Origin: an uncultured Nitrospirota bacterium
GTDB taxonomy: Bacteria; CG2-30-53-67
Direction: 5' to 3'
NCBI GenBank assembly: GCA_947259355.1
Contig: CAMYMF010000005.1
Span: 43,654-107,653 of the forward strand
DNA length: 64,000 bases
The notes under the pieces were generated by a model. That model ran no database searches. It was not told where the DNA came from and was given only the letters and a program-made list of their open reading frames with translations. The translations under genes and the position numbers were made by a program. Positions 18,916 through 28,584 of the stretch are shown in pieces. Numbering within the stretch: position 1 is the stretch's first letter; every line of letters starts with the position of its first letter.

Positions 18916-21561
18916 TCAGCCGCCCGCCATCTGATCTCGCACGAATTCGATCACCTTGTCCAACGCATCATCCAACCGTGACGGATCTTTCCCACCGGCC
19001 TGCGCCATGTCGGAACGCCCGCCGCCGCCGCCGCCGGTGATTCGCGCCACGTCCCGGATCAGATGGCCGGCGTGAACCTTGCCGTCGAGATCGCGACTCA
19101 CCATGGCCACCAGGGCCACCTTACCCTCTTTTTCCGAGCCGGCCACGACGACGCCCGAACCGAGTCGATCGCGCAGCCGGTCCGCAAACTCCCGCAGTTC
19201 CTCCGGTGAAAGGCGATCCATACGGTGCGCCAGAACTTTCACCCCGTCCACGTCGCGAATCTGCGCCGAGAGATCCTGCCCCTTCTGCTCCGCCAGATCA
19301 CGCCTCAGATTGGTGATTTCCCGGAGCAGTTCCTTGCGTTCCTGAAGCAGTTTTTCCACCTTGCCGACCAGCTCACCGGGGGAGGCCTTGAGCCGTTCCG
19401 AAAGATCGAGCAGTTCCGCCTCCAGGCCGGCGTAGTGATCGTACGCGGCTTTGCCGGTGATGGCCTCAATCCTGCGGACACCGGCCGCGATGCCGCCTTC
19501 GTGCAGCACCTTGATCAATCCGATCTCTCCCGTTGCGTTCACATGGGTTCCGCCACAGAGTTCCTTGGACAGTTCTGGAATGGAAACGAGCCGCACGGCA
19601 TCCCCGTACTTCTCGCCGAAAAGGGCCATGGCCCCGTCGGCCAGCGCTTCTTCCAGTGGTTTGACCGCGGTCTGTACCGGCGTGTTACGCCAGACCCATT
19701 CGTTGGCCAGCCGCTCGATCCGCTGCAGTTCCCTTGGTTTCAGCGGTGCGAAATGGGTGAAGTCGAATCGCAACCGGTCCGGTGCCACCAGGGAGCCGGC
19801 CTGCTTGACATGGTCGCCCAACACCTGTCGGAGAACGGCGTGGAGAATGTGCGTGGCCGTGTGATTCAGCGCCGTGGGCACTCGCCGGTTTTCTGAAACC
19901 CGGGCCGTCAGACGCTGCCCCGCCCGCAAGGTACCCTGCAGGATTCGCACCCGATGCACCACCAGCGCCCCTGCTGGAGAGAAGGCATGGAGGACCTCCG
20001 CCGTGCCGCCCTCCCACGCGAGTTGCCCGCGATCTCCCACCTGTCCGCCCGCTTCGGCATAAAAGGGCGTCGGCTCCAGCACCACGGCCACTTCTCCGTT
20101 CTTCCCGGCCGAATCGACGACGCGGCCATCCCGTACGACGGCCACCAGCTTCGCGCTGCTCTCCATCCGGTCGTACCCCACGAAGGTCGTGCGATGCTCG
20201 CTTGAGAGCTGCTGATAGACGGGCGCCACTCCCTTTTCCTCCGATCCCTTCCAGGAGGCCCGAGCCCGCCGTTTCTGTGCCGCCATCTCCCGCTCGAATC
20301 CGTCGGTGTCAAGACTCAGTCCCCTCTCGCGGGCAATGTCTTCCGTCAGATCCATGGGAAAGCCGAAGGTGTCATAGAGTTTGAAGATCTCCTCCCCGGG
20401 CAGAACATCCTCGCCCTGCTGCTTGAGTTTCTCGATGAGCTCACTCAACAGGGTCAGTCCCTGATCCAGCGTAGCCAGAAAACGGTCTTCTTCGTTCTGA
20501 ATGACGGCCGCCACGTGCTCGCGCGCGCCACGCAACTCGGGATAGGCCTCTTGCATTTCATCCACCACCGAGCCCGAAAGCCTGTAGAGGAAGGCGCCGT
20601 CCAGATTGAGCAGTTTCCCGTGCCGTGCGGCCCGCCGCAGAATGCGCCGCGCCACGTAGCCGCGGCCCTCGTTGCTCGGCAACACCCCGTCGGCAAAAAG
20701 AAACGTCAGGGCACGGACATGATCGGCAATTACCCGGATCGACGTGTCCACCGCCGCAGAGGTCCCATAGGGTTGCCCCGCCAGATCGGCGATCTCTGCG
20801 ATGAGCCCCCGGAATAGGTCTGTGTCATAGTTGGAGGACACACCTTGCACGACCGCGGTGACCCGTTCCAGTCCCATGCCCGTGTCGATGCTCGGCGCCG
20901 GCAGGCGCGTGAGCTCTCCCGAGGCATCCCGGCTGAACTGCATGAACACCAGGTTCCAGATCTCCAGGAAGCGGTCGCAGTCGCATTCGGGACTGCACTC
21001 GGCACGACCGCACCCCACCTGCGGTCCCTGGTCCATGTGGATCTCCGAACAAGGCCCGCAGGGGCCCGTGTCCCCCATAGCCCAGAAATTGTCCTTCTCG
21101 CCGAGACGCAAAATCCGCTCAGCGGGCACCCCGATCGTCTCCTCCCAGAGCTGGAAAGCCTCGTCGTCATCGTGGTAGACGCTGACCCAGAGACGCTCCT
21201 GGGGGAGCCCGAGTTCGTGCACCAGGAAGTCCCAGGCCAGCCGGATCGCCTCTTCCTTGAAGTAGTCGCCGAAGGAGAAATTGCCCAGCATCTCAAAGAA
21301 GGTATGGTGCCGAGCGGTCCGGCCTACATTCTCCAGATCGTTGTGCTTGCCGCCAGCTCGGAGACATTTCTGCGAGGTGGCTGCACGCGCCACACGACGC
21401 ACCTGGGCTCCGGTGAAGATGTCCTTAAACTGGACCATCCCCGCGTTGGTGAACAGCAGGGTGGGGTCGTTGCGCGGGATCAGTGACGAGCTCGGCAAGA
21501 CCGTATGTCCGTGCTTTTCGAAGAATTCGAGAAATTTTCTGCGGATTTCGGATCCCTTCAT
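18916..21561 (-). CDS. alaS: alanine--tRNA ligase
   Basis: 881 aa. N-terminus is MKGSEIRRKFLEFFEKHGHTVLPSSSL...FTNAGM. Contains the editing-domain motif HTATHILH, CGGTHV, and a C-terminal DHHA1-like region. Confidence 0.97.
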   Translation of the reverse strand: MKGSEIRRKFLEFFEKHGHTVLPSSSLIPRNDPTLLFTNAGMVQFKDIFTGAQVRRVARAATSQKCLRAGGKHNDLENVGRTARHHTFFEMLGNFSFGDYFKEEAIRLAWDFLVHELGLPQERLWVSVYHDDDEAFQLWEETIGVPAERILRLGEKDNFWAMGDTGPCGPCSEIHMDQGPQVGCGRAECSPECDCDRFLEIWNLVFMQFSRDASGELTRLPAPSIDTGMGLERVTAVVQGVSSNYDTDLFRGLIAEIADLAGQPYGTSAAVDTSIRVIADHVRALTFLFADGVLPSNEGRGYVARRILRRAARHGKLLNLDGAFLYRLSGSVVDEMQEAYPELRGAREHVAAVIQNEEDRFLATLDQGLTLLSELIEKLKQQGEDVLPGEEIFKLYDTFGFPMDLTEDIARERGLSLDTDGFEREMAAQKRRARASWKGSEEKGVAPVYQQLSSEHRTTFVGYDRMESSAKLVAVVRDGRVVDSAGKNGEVAVVLEPTPFYAEAGGQVGDRGQLAWEGGTAEVLHAFSPAGALVVHRVRILQGTLRAGQRLTARVSENRRVPTALNHTATHILHAVLRQVLGDHVKQAGSLVAPDRLRFDFTHFAPLKPRELQRIERLANEWVWRNTPVQTAVKPLEEALADGAMALFGEKYGDAVRLVSIPELSKELCGGTHVNATGEIGLIKVLHEGGIAAGVRRIEAITGKAAYDHYAGLEAELLDLSERLKASPGELVGKVEKLLQERKELLREITNLRRDLAEQKGQDLSAQIRDVDGVKVLAHRMDRLSPEELREFADRLRDRLGSGVVVAGSEKEGKVALVAMVSRDLDGKVHAGHLIRDVARITGGGGGGRSDMAQAGGKDPSRLDDALDKVIEFVRDQMAGG

Positions 21562-21739
21562 GGTCCAGCCCTCAAGGTCGATTACTTCATAACAATAGAG
21601 GGTTTACGGCATCTTGTCAACAGGAGATGCCTGGTAGGAGAATCGGCTGAAACCAGAAAGGCGACGAAAAACGACGCGGTGGCAGACAGCTGGAAAAGCC
21701 GTTTGCAGGAGAGTACGGGACCGGGACAGGGAGGGTGCT

Positions 21740-22915
21740 TCAGTTAAAGAAGCGGTCGACCTTGAACTCCTCGCCCCCTTCCGGCGCACCACGCTCCGAC
21801 ACGCCGGAAGCTTGCTCCTGCTCCTCCCAGGAAAGGTCGCTCGTCGACTGAATCCCCCGGGCTTTCAGGGCGAAATCGTCGGCGTTGGAGCTGCGCTTGA
21901 GGGCTTCTTCGTAGGAGACCAGACCGCGCTTGTAAAGCTCCATGAGGGACTGGTCAAAGGTCTGCATGCCATACTGGGTCTTGCCCGCAGCAACGGCGTC
22001 GTGGATGAGGCGGGTTTTGTCCTTGTCCGTGATGTATTCGCGGATCAGATTGGTCGTGACCATCACCTCCACCGCGGGAATCCGCCCCTTGCCGTCTGCA
22101 CGGACCACCAGGCGCTGGGAGATGATTCCTTTGAGCACAGAGGCGAGCTGGATCCGCACCTGCTTCTGCTGATGCGGCGGAAAGACCGAGATGATACGGT
22201 TCACCGTCTCGGTCGCGTCGATGGTGTGCAGGGTGCTGAGCACGAAATGGCCCGTTTCGGACGCCGTGAGGGCTGTGGAAATCGTGTCGTAATCCCGCAT
22301 CTCACCCACCAGAATCACGTCGGGGTCCTGGCGTAGCGCCGAGCGGAGCGCGCTGTCGAAAGCCTTGACATCGTTGCCGATTTCCCGCTGGTTGACGAGA
22401 CTCTTCTTGTCCTTGTGGAGAAACTCGATGGGATCTTCGATGGTGATGACGTGGGCCGTCCGGTTGGCGTTGATATAATCGATGATGGAGGCCAAGGTCG
22501 TCGACTTGCCGCTTCCAGTGGTTCCTGTCACCAGCACCAGCCCGCGCTGCTGCAGGGCCAGCTTCTCGATCACCGGAGGCAGGTTGAGCTCTGTGACCCC
22601 CAGAATCCTGTAGGGGATGACGCGCAGCACGATGGCGATCGTGTTTCGCTGCTGAAAGATGTTGACTCGGAAACGACCGAGGCCCGGCACGCTGTGGGCC
22701 ATGTCCACTTCGCTGTTGGCCTTCAACTTCTGCTTCTGGTAGTTGCTCATGATGGAGAAGGCGATCGCGAGGGTGTCCTCCGAGCCGAGACGCTTGTGCT
22801 CGATCATGGGGCTCAGTTCCCCATCGATGCGCAACACAGGGGGGCTGCCTGCTTTGAGATGAATGTCCGAGGCTTTGCGTTCGACGGCAGTCTTGAGCAG
22901 ATCGTTCAGATTCAT
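21740..22915 (-). CDS. PilT/PilU-family type IV pilus retraction ATPase paralogue with an acidic C-terminal extension
   Basis: 391 aa with ASDIHLKAGSPPVLRIDGEL, Walker A GTTGSGKSTT and the Asp box. About 40 extra C-terminal residues. Confidence 0.85.
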   Translation of the reverse strand: MNLNDLLKTAVERKASDIHLKAGSPPVLRIDGELSPMIEHKRLGSEDTLAIAFSIMSNYQKQKLKANSEVDMAHSVPGLGRFRVNIFQQRNTIAIVLRVIPYRILGVTELNLPPVIEKLALQQRGLVLVTGTTGSGKSTTLASIIDYINANRTAHVITIEDPIEFLHKDKKSLVNQREIGNDVKAFDSALRSALRQDPDVILVGEMRDYDTISTALTASETGHFVLSTLHTIDATETVNRIISVFPPHQQKQVRIQLASVLKGIISQRLVVRADGKGRIPAVEVMVTTNLIREYITDKDKTRLIHDAVAAGKTQYGMQTFDQSLMELYKRGLVSYEEALKRSSNADDFALKARGIQSTSDLSWEEQEQASGVSERGAPEGGEEFKVDRFFN

Positions 22916-23039
22916 GGGATGGCACCTTCCGTGTGTGTGAAAGAGGCCGGAGACCCCCTCGGGTTCCGGCCAGACCAGGCAAGTCCATGTTTGGATGCTG
23001 AAATCAGGTTAACACGGAGGTTCCAAATCTGTCAATAAA

Positions 23040-24071
23040 TCAGGCTTTGACGGCGTCCTCCTTCACGCGATGCACCACGCCCAGTTTTTCGGCGATGGCG
23101 TCCTGCAGGGCTTCGAGCACGTCCCCGTTCTCCCGCAGGTAGGTCCGAGCGTTCTCTCGGCCCTGTCCAATTCGCGTCTCGCCGTAGGAGTACCAGGCGC
23201 CGCTCTTCTTGACAAGACCGTGGGCGACTGCCAGATCGATGAGATCTCCTTCCAGCGAGATCCCTTCGTTGAAAAGGATGTCGAACTCGGCCTGCCGGAA
23301 GGGCGGGGCCACCTTGTTCTTGACCACCTTCACACGGGTGCGGTTTCCGATGACCTGGTCGCCGTCCTTGAGCTGGCCGATGCGGCGGATATCCAAGCGC
23401 AAAGAGCAGTAGAACTTCAATGCATTGCCCCCGGTCGTGGTCTCAGGGTTGCCGAACATGACCCCGATTTTCATGCGGATCTGGTTGATGAAGATGAGGG
23501 TGGTCTTGGAGCGTGAAACCGTGCCGGTGAGTTTGCGAAGGGCCTGGGACATGAGTCGGGCCTGCAGCCCCATGTGGGAGTCCCCCATGTCTCCCTCGAT
23601 TTCGGCGCGCGGCACCAGGGCCGCCACCGAGTCGACCACGATGAGGTCGACCGCTCCGCTTCGAACCAGCAGATCGGTGATCTCCAACGCCTGCTCTCCG
23701 GTGTCCGGCTGCGAGACCAACAGATCGTCCGTATTCACCCCAAGTTTTCGGGCATAGGCCACATCCAGCGCGTGTTCCGCGTCGATGAAGGCTGCAATCC
23801 CGCCGGCCTTCTGGGCCTCGGCGATCGCATGGAGTGTCAGCGTGGTCTTCCCCGACGACTCGGGCCCGTAGATCTCCACAATCCGCCCCCGGGGATATCC
23901 CCCCGTTCCGAGCGCGGCATCCAGGGAGAGGCAACCGGTCGGGATGGATGGAATGTCCTTGACCAGCTCCTCCGATCCCAGGCGCATGATGGCGCCCTTG
24001 CCGAACTGCTTTTCGATCTGTGTCACCGCCAGATCGAGGGCCTTGCTACGATGATTGCTGTTTTCAGCCAT
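23040..24071 (-). CDS. recA: recombinase RecA
   Basis: From the internal ATG: [32 protein letters not shown]...[10 protein letters not shown]... Confidence 0.97.
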   Translation of the reverse strand: MAENSNHRSKALDLAVTQIEKQFGKGAIMRLGSEELVKDIPSIPTGCLSLDAALGTGGYPRGRIVEIYGPESSGKTTLTLHAIAEAQKAGGIAAFIDAEHALDVAYARKLGVNTDDLLVSQPDTGEQALEITDLLVRSGAVDLIVVDSVAALVPRAEIEGDMGDSHMGLQARLMSQALRKLTGTVSRSKTTLIFINQIRMKIGVMFGNPETTTGGNALKFYCSLRLDIRRIGQLKDGDQVIGNRTRVKVVKNKVAPPFRQAEFDILFNEGISLEGDLIDLAVAHGLVKKSGAWYSYGETRIGQGRENARTYLRENGDVLEALQDAIAEKLGVVHRVKEDAVKA

Positions 24072-24123
24072 GTCCGAACTCCTTCTGCAGGGACGATTCA
24101 GGAAAGCCATCGCTGGAATCGTC

Positions 24124-24765
24124 TCAGGGTTGCGGGGGTGTGGATACCTTCGAGACCGGCCCCGGACCGATGGGAACGGTCAGTCGTGTCGTATATTGCG
24201 CGCCCGCCGGATGCAGACGGCTTTCAATCAGATGCAGCGCGTCCGCCGGCATGTGACCCAACTCCAATGCGCGGTGTTCCGTGACCCGGGCCGCAAAGCG
24301 CTGCCGGTCCCCGAGGCTTTTGATCCGTCCCAGGGTGACGTGGCCGTGGTAGGGACGCTTCTCCTGCGAGAACCCCAGTTCTGCCAGTTGTGCATCGAGC
24401 GCGAGACCGAGCGCCGACAGCGCCGCGGCCCCCTCGCCCACCCCAACCCAGAGCACCCGGGGACGCCGGACATCGGGAAAGACCCCGATGCCCGTCAGCT
24501 GAAGGGCAAAGGGCTCGGCAGCACCGCAGGCCCTGCGCATGCACTGGCCAACCGCCGGAATGAGAGCTTCGTCCGTCTCCCCCAGAAATTTCAGGGTGAT
24601 GTGCATCCCCGCTGCCCGGGTCCACGAAACCCGGTCCCGGGAGTTGCGGAAAGCACCCTGGACGCTCCCCAGGGCCGCCTTCAGGCCCGCCGGAACGTCC
24701 AGGGCAATGAACGCCCGGATCGTGCCGGGACGGCTCCGCCCACCCGCCGCCTTGCGCCCACCCAT
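24124..24765 (-). CDS. thpR: RNA 2',3'-cyclic phosphodiesterase (2H phosphoesterase, ThpR/LigT)
   Basis: Two HxT/S motifs, HITLKFLG and HVTLGRIK. Length is about 210 aa. Confidence 0.8.
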   Translation of the reverse strand: MGGRKAAGGRSRPGTIRAFIALDVPAGLKAALGSVQGAFRNSRDRVSWTRAAGMHITLKFLGETDEALIPAVGQCMRRACGAAEPFALQLTGIGVFPDVRRPRVLWVGVGEGAAALSALGLALDAQLAELGFSQEKRPYHGHVTLGRIKSLGDRQRFAARVTEHRALELGHMPADALHLIESRLHPAGAQYTTRLTVPIGPGPVSKVSTPPQP

Positions 24766-24767
24766 GC

Positions 24768-26006
24768 TCAGCGCCCCAGCAGAAATCGGCGGAGCAGATC
24801 GAGCGCCATCTGGGCGCTTTGCAGCCGAACCTCTCTGCGGTCCCCCCGAAAATGGTGTTCCGTCACTTCACTCCCCTGGTCCGTAGCGAGGCCGATGAAA
24901 ACGGTTCCCACGGGCTTCTCTCGGGTCCCGCCTCCGGGCCCGGCAATGCCAGTGACCGCCAACCCGATGTCCGTGCCGGCCTGGGCCCGTATCCCCGCGG
25001 CCATCTGTCGCGCCGTCACCCGGCTGACGGCACCGTGCGTTGTAAACAAATGCTCGGACACGCCAAGCAGATCGGTCTTCGATCGGTTGCTATAGCTCAC
25101 GACGGCTCGATCGAGCACCGCCGAGATGCCAGGCACATCGACCAGCAGGGAGGTCAACATCCCGCCCGTGCACGACTCCCCAAGGGCAATGCTTCGGGAC
25201 TGCTCCAGCAGGAGCCGGCCCACGATCTCGTGAAGGCTCTGCAACCCCTCGCAGAGGAAATCTGCCCCGAGCTCGCGCCGGATGCTGCCGGTCATCCGGT
25301 CGAGTTCCCGATCCAGTCGGGCCTGATCGATCCCCTGTACCGTCAGGGTGGCTGCCCAGAGGCTCCCGTGGCAACGGAAGGCAACGCGCGCACCCTCGGT
25401 ATGGGCCTTCAGTGCCTTTTGGATCTGCCCCGGGGATCGCCCGATGAACTGCAGGGTCCGCCGGCGGCTGTAGACCGGCACACCCCGGAACGAAGCCTTC
25501 AGGTAAGCAGCCGTCTGAGCCCAGAGCGACTCGGACGCTTCCGCCTCGGACGGAAGGGCGCCCAGGTATCTGCCCGAAACCTCCACCACCAGACCGGGCC
25601 GCAGCCCCCCATCCGGGAGCATCCAGTGTGCCTCCTTCGGGATCAGGGCCCGGCTTTCAACATCGCGCGGCACCGCACGCCCTGCACGCTTGTAGCGAAT
25701 TCTCAATGCTTTCACCAGCTCTTCGTTGAGCACCAGGCTTCGGCCGCTCACCTGCGCCAGCGCCTTGCGCAGCGCCTTGTCACTCTCTGCGGGATGGAGC
25801 ACCAGCACCAGATCAAAGCGGGCCGCAGACTCCGAGAGGAGCTGGTCCAGCGTCAAGCTGGCACTGGAAACTCGGCGGGTCGAGAGGACTCGCGTTCCGT
25901 CCTCCGCAAGGAGTGCCCCCATCCGTCGCTCCAGCAGCTCCGGTTCGCTGCTGCCTGGATCGAGCATCTCCTCTTCCGAGAGAACCGTCACAATCTCTGC
26001 AATCAT
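24768..26006 (-). CDS. cinA: CinA family protein (degenerate MoCF-type N-domain plus C-terminal PncC-type nicotinamide-nucleotide amidase domain)
   Basis: The ATG at 26006 overlaps the pgpA stop (ATGA). The C-domain reads ALGESCTGGMLTSLLVDVPGISAVLDRAVVSYSNRSK...GIAGPGGGT. Confidence 0.8.
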   Translation of the reverse strand: MIAEIVTVLSEEEMLDPGSSEPELLERRMGALLAEDGTRVLSTRRVSSASLTLDQLLSESAARFDLVLVLHPAESDKALRKALAQVSGRSLVLNEELVKALRIRYKRAGRAVPRDVESRALIPKEAHWMLPDGGLRPGLVVEVSGRYLGALPSEAEASESLWAQTAAYLKASFRGVPVYSRRRTLQFIGRSPGQIQKALKAHTEGARVAFRCHGSLWAATLTVQGIDQARLDRELDRMTGSIRRELGADFLCEGLQSLHEIVGRLLLEQSRSIALGESCTGGMLTSLLVDVPGISAVLDRAVVSYSNRSKTDLLGVSEHLFTTHGAVSRVTARQMAAGIRAQAGTDIGLAVTGIAGPGGGTREKPVGTVFIGLATDQGSEVTEHHFRGDRREVRLQSAQMALDLLRRFLLGR

Positions 26007-26545
26007 ATCCCCAACATCCGTCGGAGCAGCTGCAGGCTCAGGTTGGCATAGACGCCAGCCGCCACGTCGTCGAGCATGACCCCCCATCCACCGGGCAGAT
26101 AGCGTTCGATCCGGCGGATGGGAAAGGGCTTTAGAATATCGAACACCCGGAAAAGCAGAAACCCGCCCAGGACGCTCCCCCACGTTACCGGAACGGCGAA
26201 CATGGTCACGAGATACCCGGTGATTTCATCGATCACTATGACGCCGCTGTCGCGCGCACCCAGGATGGCCTCGGCCCGAAAGGAGAGCCAGACCCCGCCC
26301 AAGAGAAAACCTGCGGTCAGAATGCCGTATGGGAGTAAAGGAAGTTGACTTAGCAGAATAAAGACGGGAATCCCGACCAGCGTCCCTGCGGTCCCGGAAG
26401 CAATGGGGGCATACCCGCTGTAAAAACCGGATGCAAAGAATAGAACCAATCGATCCAAGCGGGCCCCCGAAAACGGCGAAATGGTATCACCCGGGCGAAG
26501 AGGTGTCAAGCAGTTTGTGGCTCCGCAGAACTGGCGCCCTCTCAC
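26003..26545 (-). CDS. pgpA: phosphatidylglycerophosphatase A
   Basis: FFASGFYSGYAPIASGTAGTLVG...RDSGVIVIDEI...KPFPIRRIE...GGWGVMLDDVAAGVYA. Confidence 0.85.
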   Translation of the reverse strand: MRGRQFCGATNCLTPLRPGDTISPFSGARLDRLVLFFASGFYSGYAPIASGTAGTLVGIPVFILLSQLPLLPYGILTAGFLLGGVWLSFRAEAILGARDSGVIVIDEITGYLVTMFAVPVTWGSVLGGFLLFRVFDILKPFPIRRIERYLPGGWGVMLDDVAAGVYANLSLQLLRRMLGI

Positions 26546-27945
26546 CCTCTGCGTTTTCGAAGATAGGCGAGTGCCTCTGCGCGGGTCTGGATGATCTGGT
26601 CGACCTGCAGGTTACGTACTTTCCGGAGAACCGCGCCCACCGCAGGCCCGGGATCGATACCGAGCACCGCCATCACGTCCGTGCCGGTAACCAGGGGCGG
26701 CGGCTCGAGAATCTTCACCCCCTCCCTGCGGTAGGTGTCGAGCAGGGCCTGCCCCAGACGGAGGGTCCGCCGAAGCGTCTCGTCATACGCCACGCCCCGT
26801 GCCGCCCGCCGGTCCGCCAGAGAGAGCAGCACGTGCAGCGGCAGATCATCGCCGACACGCCGGACGATCCTCCGCAGGGCCCGGTCGGTGTAGCCGAACT
26901 TGAGGAATCCAAGACCGAGGGTGTGATACCGCACAAGGCGCCGGATCCGTTCCGAGCGCCGGGGGGGAAAAACGTACTGCGCAAGTATCGCCTCGGCCGC
27001 GGTCGCGCTCTGCTTCTCGTGCCCATAGAAATGAGGCGTTCCATCGGCATCGCGCGTCACACTGTCGGCCTTGCCGACGTCGTGCAGCAGGGCACCGTAG
27101 GCAAGCACCCGGCGATCCTCGGCATCGAGCCGAAAGGGAAAATCAAAGCATCGGCACAGGACCGTCACGCGGTCCACCTCCCCCAGCACAGCACGGGTGT
27201 GCGCCAGTGCGTCCAGATGATGATACCGTCCCTGTTCGAGTCCGGCCAGACGTTGCAGCTGCGGAAAGAGAACAGACAGCAGGCCGGTCTTGGAGAGAAG
27301 CGACAGGGCACTCGCCGCATGACCGGAGATCATGACCTGATCCAGTTCGTCCCGGATGCGTTCCGCGGCGGACTCCTGAAGCCTCTCGGGCCCGGATTGG
27401 ATTTGAGAAAGGGTCTCCCCGGATAGACGAAAACCGTTGAGTGTCGTACAGAAACGCACGGCCCGGAGCATCCGCAGGGGGTCCGCGTCAAAGGCCGCCG
27501 GTGAGGCGATGCGGAGAATTCTCTGCGATAGATCGGCCAGACCCCCCAGGGGGTCCCGCAGCTCCATCTCTGCCAGCACGCACGCGATGGTGTTGACCGT
27601 GAAGTCCCGGCGGCGCAGCTCTGCATCGAGTCCCGCAGGGTGCTGCCGTACGAGGTCGAGGGTGACACCGGCACCCGCGATCCGGTGGGTGGTGCTCTGC
27701 CCCAGCCCCATTACAAAAGACGATCCCGGAAGTTTGACCGCCAGAACCTTGGCGAGCGCGGCGGGGTCCCGGTCCACGATGAAGTCATAGTCTCGCGACG
27801 TCTGCCCCAAAAGACGGTCCCGAATCCATCCGCCCACCAGGTAGATCCGGACCCGTAACCGTCGGGCTTCCTCGGAAACGAGCCGCAGAGATGGGTCGTT
27901 CTGGATCGCCCGGAGCACGGCTTGGTGAGGCGTTTGAAACGGCAT
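26542..27945 (-). CDS. cca: CCA tRNA nucleotidyltransferase / poly(A) polymerase family with HD domain
   Basis: LVGGWIRDRLLGQTSRDYDF, RRDFTVN, and the HD motif ALLHDVGK. Confidence 0.8.
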   Translation of the reverse strand: MPFQTPHQAVLRAIQNDPSLRLVSEEARRLRVRIYLVGGWIRDRLLGQTSRDYDFIVDRDPAALAKVLAVKLPGSSFVMGLGQSTTHRIAGAGVTLDLVRQHPAGLDAELRRRDFTVNTIACVLAEMELRDPLGGLADLSQRILRIASPAAFDADPLRMLRAVRFCTTLNGFRLSGETLSQIQSGPERLQESAAERIRDELDQVMISGHAASALSLLSKTGLLSVLFPQLQRLAGLEQGRYHHLDALAHTRAVLGEVDRVTVLCRCFDFPFRLDAEDRRVLAYGALLHDVGKADSVTRDADGTPHFYGHEKQSATAAEAILAQYVFPPRRSERIRRLVRYHTLGLGFLKFGYTDRALRRIVRRVGDDLPLHVLLSLADRRAARGVAYDETLRRTLRLGQALLDTYRREGVKILEPPPLVTGTDVMAVLGIDPGPAVGAVLRKVRNLQVDQIIQTRAEALAYLRKRRG

Positions 27946-27976
27946 GGGGGGGTTCCGAGGGCACGGGAGCCCAGGG

Positions 27977-28288
27977 CTAGGACTTCACCACTTCCCGCAC
28001 CCACTCCAGGGCTGCAATGGTCGCCGGAAAACCGATGGTGGTCATTGCAAGCAGCACCGCATGCTCGACTTCATCCCGGGAGGCGCCCAGCTGCAGCGCA
28101 CGGCGGGCATGCGACTTGACAGCTCCTTCCGATCCAAGCCCCACGGCAATGCCCAGCTTCACCAAGCGGCGGGTCTTCTCATCGAGGGGGCCGTGCTGGT
28201 GGCACGCCTGGGCCAAGGCCGAGTAGGCCTTGTCGATGTCGGGATAATCCTTGACGAAACGTTTGTATGGTGCGGGCAGATGGGCCAT
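27977..28288 (-). CDS. carboxymuconolactone decarboxylase (AhpD-like) family protein
   Basis: MAHLPAPYKRFVKDYPDIDKAYSAL...LDEKTRRLVKLGIAVGLGSEGAVKSHARRALQLGASRDEVEHAVLLAMTTIGFP. Confidence 0.75.
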   Translation of the reverse strand: MAHLPAPYKRFVKDYPDIDKAYSALAQACHQHGPLDEKTRRLVKLGIAVGLGSEGAVKSHARRALQLGASRDEVEHAVLLAMTTIGFPATIAALEWVREVVKS

Positions 28289-28584
28289 GGCGAACTCCTC
28301 GATTGAATGGAAGAAAAAGCACAGCAACCGATACGATATCGGGGACGACGCCCCGAATCATCGTCGGATTTTATCACAGAGGCACCTCCTGTCAAGCGCT
28401 TTGGCGCAATCCGGGGCGCGTTGAAGCGCCCCCGACATGCTTGGCGGTCGAGCGGGGGTCGCACGGCCGGCTGCGCGGGAAACCCCCGGCAGAACCAAAC
28501 CCGTCGACATGTATCGAAAAAACAGTTTGAATTTTTCGGGCTTTCATGTAGTATTAAAAATTCTCATTTCAGCAGGAGCTACAG

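Noticed and set aside
22943-22970. Hairpin GGCCGGA...UCCGGCC downstream of recA as a terminator
   Set aside because: The stem is plausible but is followed only by UCUUUC, a weak U tract. It lies about 30 nt before the pilT-paralogue start. This is insufficient to call a terminator.
24819-26051. 410-aa plus-strand ORF
   Set aside because: It is antisense to cinA, whose PncC-type C-domain is clear.
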